64,000 bases of DNA. It comes from Candidatus Multivoradales bacterium (GTDB taxonomy: Bacteria > Acidobacteriota > Thermoanaerobaculia > Multivoradales > J023). Shown here in pieces: positions 58,610 to 64,000 of this stretch. The notes beneath the pieces were generated by a model, which ran no database searches, was not told where the DNA came from, and worked only from the letters and a program-made list of their open reading frames with translations. The translations under genes and the position numbers were made by a program. How positions within the stretch are numbered: position 1 is the stretch's first letter; each line of letters starts with the position of its first letter. The stretch covers positions 1,888,001 to 1,952,000 of the forward strand of contig CBDFLE010000006.1 in assembly GCA_965248925.1 (NCBI GenBank), read 5' to 3'.

Positions 58610-59330
58610 CTATTGCCAGGCAGCTGTGTCCCCGCTTTCAAAGCCATCCAGAAAAATTGGCGTAGCGATCTCGACCACCCCACTAACAAAAGTCAAGTCA
58701 AGCTCATCGATGACCAGCAAACCGCCTTGCTGCGAGGTAAACTCGTTGGCGCCCACTAGAACGGTGTTCGGGGTTGCCGTCAACAGCAAGCGTGAGATTC
58801 CTGGATTGGCAACGACCGGCAGTACCACAACCCCCCAGAAGTAACTCTTCCCCCTGCACTGTGGAGCCAATCGGCAGCGCCGACAGATTGACCACGACAC
58901 CCTGTTTGCGGCCGATACCTCCTTGGTTGTTGTTCACGAACCAATTGCCGTTCTGCGCCCCAGCCGTGAAGTCCACCGTTGGACCAAGATCCGCCGTCGC
59001 CTGATTGAACACCAATGGACATGAAGGTGTTCCGGTCCCATTGTTGTTGTTGGTCAAGTTGACACCGGGATCGGCTAGCCCGGTCAGATCGCCGATGGTG
59101 AATCCTCTGACCGCCAACATATCAGTGGTGATTCCGCCATCGAGAATACCGGTGTCTCCGCTGAGCTCGAGAGTGAAAGTGAGGCTTCGCAAAATGTACG
59201 GAGCGTCTGGGTCCCGTAAGAAGATTGGGACCTGCAACCAAGATCTCGACATGATGGCTTGGGAAACGACCGTTAGATCACCAATTCTGAGCTGGAAATT
59301 AGCTGTGCATCCTGCAAATGCGGTCCGCCC
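58610..59330 (-). pseudogene. Beta-rich (cohesin-like) protein with C-terminal IFLDGFESGDTAAW; frameshift at 58831-58836; 5' end missing
   Basis: ORFs 58704-59417 and 58610-58900 join if one G is removed from a G6 run. Confidence 0.55.
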
Positions 59331-59571
59331 ATGAAATCGGCGACTTAGAGCGGCCAACTGACGTGCCCCACTGCGCCTCGATAGCCTGGCCATCGTTGAA
59401 CTCGAAGGTGTGAGCACGGAAGCTCAGGGGCTCGCTCGCCACAGACTGCGCAACCAGCGTGGAGGCGAACACGGTGGCGAACGCGGTGGCGAGCAATGCA
59501 CCGAGAACCAGGGTGGGGACAAGGCTTCTTCTACTGGGAATCGTGCTAGCGAAAGCGTTCGATACTCGCAT
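59299..59571 (-). pseudogene. Signal-peptide-bearing N-terminal fragment of a secreted protein
   Basis: Hydrophobic signal then EPLSFRAHTFEFNDGQAIEAQWG; coding character is lost afterwards. Confidence 0.4.
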
Positions 59572-59634
59572 CGGCTTGCCTCGAGGGTTAGTGCGCGGCG
59601 CAGCCCAACCCGAGGCACAGCCAGGGAGGGGATG

Positions 59635-62019
59635 CTATTCGTAGCGCAGGGTGGTCATCGGATCCAGGCCGGCGGCGAGGCGAGCCGGCAGGTAGCTCGC
59701 CACCAAGGCCACCAGCAGCAGTAAGACACTGACTGCGGCGGAGGTGAGTGGATCGGTCGAAGCAACGCCAAAGAGCAGGCCGACCAACAGGCGAGCCATG
59801 AAGAACGCGCCGACAAACCCAGCGGCCAAACCCGCCAGAGTCACCAGCAGACCGCGGCTGACCACCAGCCAGAGAACGTCCTGCCGAGCGGCTCCCAAGG
59901 CCATTCGCAAGCCGATCTCGCGGCGGCGTTGATGCACCGGGTAGGACAGCACGCCGTACAGCCCAAGCACCGTCAGACCGAGAGCGAAGGTGGCGAAAGC
60001 TGCCAGCAGCCAGGTACTGAAGCGGGGCTGGCCAAGAGCCTCGGCGACGGTCTGCTCCATGCTCTTGACATCGACCACCGGCAGGCTCGGATCGATCGCC
60101 TGGATGGCATCGGCCACCGGCTTGGCCAGGGCCAGCGGCTCGCTGGCCGTGCGCACCAACAGCTGGTGGCGAATCCATGGTCCTTGCAGGGTGGAGAAGT
60201 AGATCTCGGGTTGAACATCGCTTTCCAGGCCGCGAGTCTTGATGTCGCCGACCACGCCGATAACCCGCCACTTCTCCTGGGAGAAACGGCCGAAAGTGCC
60301 GAGCTCGATCTGGGCTAGCAAGTGCTCGCCGATCGGATCGGCACCGTTGAAGAACAGCCGTGCCCACTCCTGATTGACCAACACCACACCAGGTCGCTGG
60401 CTGTCGTCCTGCTCGGTGAAATCGCGACCGGTGATCAACGGCATGCCGAGGGTGGCGAAGAAACCTGGGCTGACCGGCCGTACCTGGGCGTAGCGTTTGA
60501 AGTCGCCCTCGACCGCCGCATGGCCTTCGATGTCGAATTCGCTGCCGACGCTCATCCCTCTGGCCAGCGGCAACGACACGCTGGTAGCAAACGAAATCAC
60601 TCCTGGGAGATTGCTGATGCGCTCCTCGAGCTGGCGATAAAAGCCAGTTGTGGACTCGATATTGGCCTGCCCCTCGGGCAGGGTCACCAGCAGGGTCAGC
60701 AAATTGGTGGTGCTGAATCCCGCCGGTTCGTTGCTCAGCTTGACCAAGCTGCGCATCAGTAGACCGGCACCGACTAGCAGCACCAAGGTGATCGCCACCT
60801 GCAAGAAAACGAACAGCCGCCGCAGCCACAGGCTACCGCTGGTGCCACGGCCCGCGGCTCGTAGCGCCAAGCCCGGGCTCAGCCGACGCCAACGCAACGC
60901 TGGCGCCAAGCCAAAGATCAGGCCAGACAGCAAAGTCAGACCACAAGCAAAGACTAGAGCCCGCGGATCGAGTCGTGTCTGTTCCAGACTATAAAGCTCG
61001 CTCGGTCCGAAGCGCATCAGCAAGCGCATCGCCACGGCGGCCAACGGCAAGCCGATAGCGCCACCGCAGACACTCAGGATCAGACTGTCGAGAAAAAAGA
61101 AGCGCGTCACCTGCGCGCGGTTGGCGCCCAAAGCTAGCCGCACCGCGACCTCGCCACGACGAGCCGTGGCCCGGGCCAACTGCAACACCGCCACGTTCAG
61201 GCAGGCGATGGCCAGCGCCAGCAGCAACAACACCTGGCGAAAGTCTTTCACCACGCTTTCGCGCAGTGGCACTACCCTGCTCAACAAATCGGTGTTGGTC
61301 TCCGGGTACTGCTCTGCCATGCGCTCCGCGATGACCGTCATTTCCGCCTGAGCTGCGGCTAGCGAGACGCCGTGCCCCAGCCGTCCGATCACTCGCAAAT
61401 ACCGGGTGGCGCGAGGGTAGGACTCCGGGCCGTCGAGGATCGGTCGCCAAGAGTCGGCCGGGTTGGCCAGCGGAAAGCTGAATTCGGCCGGCATCACACC
61501 GAGAACTTCGATCGGCAGACCGTCGATCAGTAGCTTGCGACCGATGATCTCCGGATCGGTGCCATAGCGCCGTTTCCACAACCCAGCGCTGAGGATCACG
61601 GTATCGAGGGTGCCGGAGCCATCGGAGTCGAATCCCCGGCCTAGCTGAGGCTCGGCACCGAGCAAATCGAACATCCCAGCGGTGACCACGGCAGACAGCA
61701 TGCGTTGTGCCTGATCGTTGCCGGTCAGGGTGTATTCCCAGGGATGATAGCCCTCGATAGCTGCGAACGAGGAACTCTGCTCGCGCCAGTCGCGCAGGTC
61801 GGCAAGGGATAGGGGAATGGTGCGCTTCGCCGGACTCGCCCACCACAACACCGACAGGCTGATGGAATCGCTGTAAGGCAGCGACCGCAGCAATGCACTG
61901 TTGACCACCGAGTAGATCGCCGTCGAGGCGCCGATACCCAGCGCCAGGGTGGACACCGTGATCAGCGTGAACGAGGGGTTGCGCAGCAGCCCTCGGCCAG
62001 CGAAACGGAGATCTTGCAA
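59635..62019 (-). CDS. ADOP/MacB-like duplicated ABC permease
   Basis: QDLRFA.R.L...[48 protein letters not shown]. Confidence 0.9.
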   Translation of the reverse strand: MQDLRFAGRGLLRNPSFTLITVSTLALGIGASTAIYSVVNSALLRSLPYSDSISLSVLWWASPAKRTIPLSLADLRDWREQSSSFAAIEGYHPWEYTLTGNDQAQRMLSAVVTAGMFDLLGAEPQLGRGFDSDGSGTLDTVILSAGLWKRRYGTDPEIIGRKLLIDGLPIEVLGVMPAEFSFPLANPADSWRPILDGPESYPRATRYLRVIGRLGHGVSLAAAQAEMTVIAERMAEQYPETNTDLLSRVVPLRESVVKDFRQVLLLLALAIACLNVAVLQLARATARRGEVAVRLALGANRAQVTRFFFLDSLILSVCGGAIGLPLAAVAMRLLMRFGPSELYSLEQTRLDPRALVFACGLTLLSGLIFGLAPALRWRRLSPGLALRAAGRGTSGSLWLRRLFVFLQVAITLVLLVGAGLLMRSLVKLSNEPAGFSTTNLLTLLVTLPEGQANIESTTGFYRQLEERISNLPGVISFATSVSLPLARGMSVGSEFDIEGHAAVEGDFKRYAQVRPVSPGFFATLGMPLITGRDFTEQDDSQRPGVVLVNQEWARLFFNGADPIGEHLLAQIELGTFGRFSQEKWRVIGVVGDIKTRGLESDVQPEIYFSTLQGPWIRHQLLVRTASEPLALAKPVADAIQAIDPSLPVVDVKSMEQTVAEALGQPRFSTWLLAAFATFALGLTVLGLYGVLSYPVHQRRREIGLRMALGAARQDVLWLVVSRGLLVTLAGLAAGFVGAFFMARLLVGLLFGVASTDPLTSAAVSVLLLLVALVASYLPARLAAGLDPMTTLRYE

Positions 62020-62373
62020 GAAGCTCGTCGAGTTTCTCCCGCCAACATCGGATCAACAATGTTCTGACACGAGATCTCGGCGTAGCTCATGGCACCCCCG
62101 TTGAGAAAACTCCCAGGCAGACGGTCGCAGCTTCCAATAGCCAACTCGACAGTCGTTGTAGAGGAAAGCCTCCGAGACCGCCAAGTTTGCCGCCAGCCGC
62201 ATGACCCTGCCGGTCCACTTTCCGAAAGATGCGGTGCTCTACCTCCTATCCGACGCTATCGATCTCGGCTCCAATCTAGAAGGGGCCAGGCGATTATCAT
62301 CGCACCGGCCCCTGTGGTTGCGGTTGTTGTAGCGGTCACTGGCCGAGCGCGATAAACTTATCGATCACTGCGG

Positions 62374-62900
62374 CTGACAGTCCGCCGGCCGCACCGAGAC
62401 GTTCACAGGAATCACTTCACCAGCTGCCGACAGAGCAGACACCGGCTCTGGCATCAGAGCGGCCATCAGCTGCGCGGTATCACCCTTCTCCATGGTGAAG
62501 ATGTCGCCCTTGGAAGGTGTGAATGTGACCACGGGTCACGCCATCGAGACCAGTCACCCTACCGAACTGGGTCTCGAGCTGATACGGCACCGCGAACTGA
62601 GCCAGCGCCGGGAAGTCCTGCGGTTGCTCGACATTTCAGCTGCGGAAGCTCTCGATCCAACTCTCTGCGCTGGCCGGGCCTTCACGCATGCTGAACTTGA
62701 GCTCACCGAGTAGCTCGGACTGACCAACGGCCTGCCAGTTGACCACTTCCAAGTCGACCCGACGCTTGCAGGCTGCGCTTCTCTTTGACGAAGGAGAGCA
62801 GCTCGTCGTCGCCCTCGATTTGCAAGTGACGCTGGAGCTCCGGGGCGCCGGGGAAGCGTTCCAGGCCGCGGCGCCAGGCGCGGCGCACCTCTGGCAAGCT
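62374..62900 (-). pseudogene. Degenerate reading frame of an unidentified protein
   Basis: Protein-like pieces in three frames (IEGDDELLSFV / RVDLEVVNWQAVGQSELLGEL..DFPALAQFAVPYQLETQFG / GDIFTMEKGDTAQLMAAL) with an internal TGA. Confidence 0.4.
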
Positions 62901-62937
62901 GCTCGATCCGCTGTTCTGCCGGGAGGGCTTGGAGACC

Positions 62938-64000
62938 TCAGCGGGGGTGGAGGCTTGCTCCGTGGCGCCAGGTAAGTAACTTCGATCGGTGTTTGCGAGC
63001 AAAACTGTCGATCTGGTAGGTCAAGGTGTTTTCACCAGGAGCCGAGTTGTCACAGAAGCTAGCACTGTCACCGGTTGGGACAAAGCCCCTAAACTGCGTC
63101 CGGCCTGCGACCACTGTTAGAGAGCTGAGCTCGGCGCTGGCCAGCAGCTCTTTAGCACCCGCAAAATCCGCAGCCTTGTGTCCCCACTCGGAAGCCTCTT
63201 GAAGCATTGTTTCGACCGCTGAGAAGTTCTTGCTGTCGGCGGCTTGCTGCAGAGCGACGACGAGCGGAGTCTCAGCGCGTATTACTTGCCAGAGGCGCCA
63301 TACTTTCTCGCGGCCATCAGGAGACAGAGCCAGTAGTCTCCCTTGGGAGAGTACAGAGCTGTGTTGGAGGTGCCAGTAGGCCCAATCGAGCAACCGGCGC
63401 AGGCCAGCCTCGCGGTCCTGAAAGATGGCTGTTCCCTCGGAGCGATAGCGCCAACCGCGTGCTCTTGCCAGCCAGCCGCCATCGGCGCCATGGTTGAGAT
63501 CAGCACTTTCCCGCTGTGCTTCAAGGAGCAGCTTGCGGCCTTCCACCGGCGGCCAGATGTGACCTAACGGAATAAGCGCATCGGGCAAGCTCGGCCCCGA
63601 CGCAGCTCCCTGCTCGGGCAACGCTGTCGCGGTTTTTGCAGGCGTCAGGTCCAAGTTCCGAAGCTCAGCGAGCAGCGCTTCAGGAACCTCCGCGCGTAGA
63701 TTCGAGGTCGCCAGGCGGGCGAACTCTGGAACTGCCGCCAGCCGGTCCAGTGCTAGCCGAACTGCGAAGACGAAAGTCTCGCGTACGCCTTCAGAGCGAT
63801 TCGCGACGGTCGTCGTAATAGCGACGGTCGGAGCCAGATTCAAGCGCGATCGCAGCGCTTCCACGGACAGCGAGTCGCTGCGATCGCGCTTGTTCGCCTG
63901 AACGAGGAAACTCGCCGCTGGCGAATCCTCTAAAAGTTGAGTCTGCAGTTGCTCGATGGGTCCGGCGGCCGCCGCGCATCCCGAGGGTGAGGAGTCGACG
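62938..64000 (-). CDS. MglA-like small GTPase domain with long C-terminal extension; 5' end lies beyond the window
   Basis: Frame is open from 63999: VDSSPSG...FLVQANKRD...TTVANRSEGVRETFVFAVRLALDR (G4 NKxD, G5-like), then about 270 aa of unknown sequence. Confidence 0.7.
   Translation of the reverse strand, partial: VDSSPSGCAAAAGPIEQLQTQLLEDSPAASFLVQANKRDRSDSLSVEALRSRLNLAPTVAITTTVANRSEGVRETFVFAVRLALDRLAAVPEFARLATSNLRAEVPEALLAELRNLDLTPAKTATALPEQGAASGPSLPDALIPLGHIWPPVEGRKLLLEAQRESADLNHGADGGWLARARGWRYRSEGTAIFQDREAGLRRLLDWAYWHLQHSSVLSQGRLLALSPDGREKVWRLWQVIRAETPLVVALQQAADSKNFSAVETMLQEASEWGHKAADFAGAKELLASAELSSLTVVAGRTQFRGFVPTGDSASFCDNSAPGENTLTYQIDSFARKHRSKLLTWRHGASLHPR

Noticed and set aside
1-64000. 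CRISPR array, cas genes, rRNA, prophage structural genes, retron RT
   Set aside because: No regularly spaced repeat-spacer series or diagnostic protein motifs were seen.

Overview
High-GC bacterial chromosome window. The gene content (ADOP-type permease, IFxDGFESGD-tailed protein, ECF/kinase pairs) suggests Acidobacteriota, possibly Thermoanaerobaculia; this is inference. Ordinary genes include an enoyl-CoA hydratase and HMG-CoA lyase, miaE, pilT-pilC-pilS-pilR, moeA, psuG, a DUF1800/DUF1501 pair and a GGDEF protein. Four accessory regions stand out. (1) 17.8-26.9 kb is a duplicated cassette of [secreted Cys-conserved ~480-aa unknown protein -> <- membrane Ser/Thr kinase-TPR] ending in an ECF sigma factor. 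Both unknown genes carry the identical upstream motif TGTTG-N15-CGCCTA-N3-TAGTAG. This is the best candidate for an undescribed system. (2) 34.2-42.7 kb is an island at the 3' side of tRNA-Sec with brnTA, an IS4 element interrupted by a four-ORF IS21 element, an OLD-like ATPase/TOPRIM nuclease and an AbiEii-like nucleotidyltransferase pair. (3) A thioesterase resembling enediyne SgcE10/CalE7 is coupled to a TPR/FG-GAP/ASPIC-UnbV protein, with no PKS in the window. (4) An FHA sigma54 activator with a GVATGV loop is divergent from a subtilase that has a clear -24/-12 promoter. Several genes have single in-frame stops or homopolymer frameshifts, some of which may be assembly errors. All family calls come from reading motifs by eye; no searches were run.
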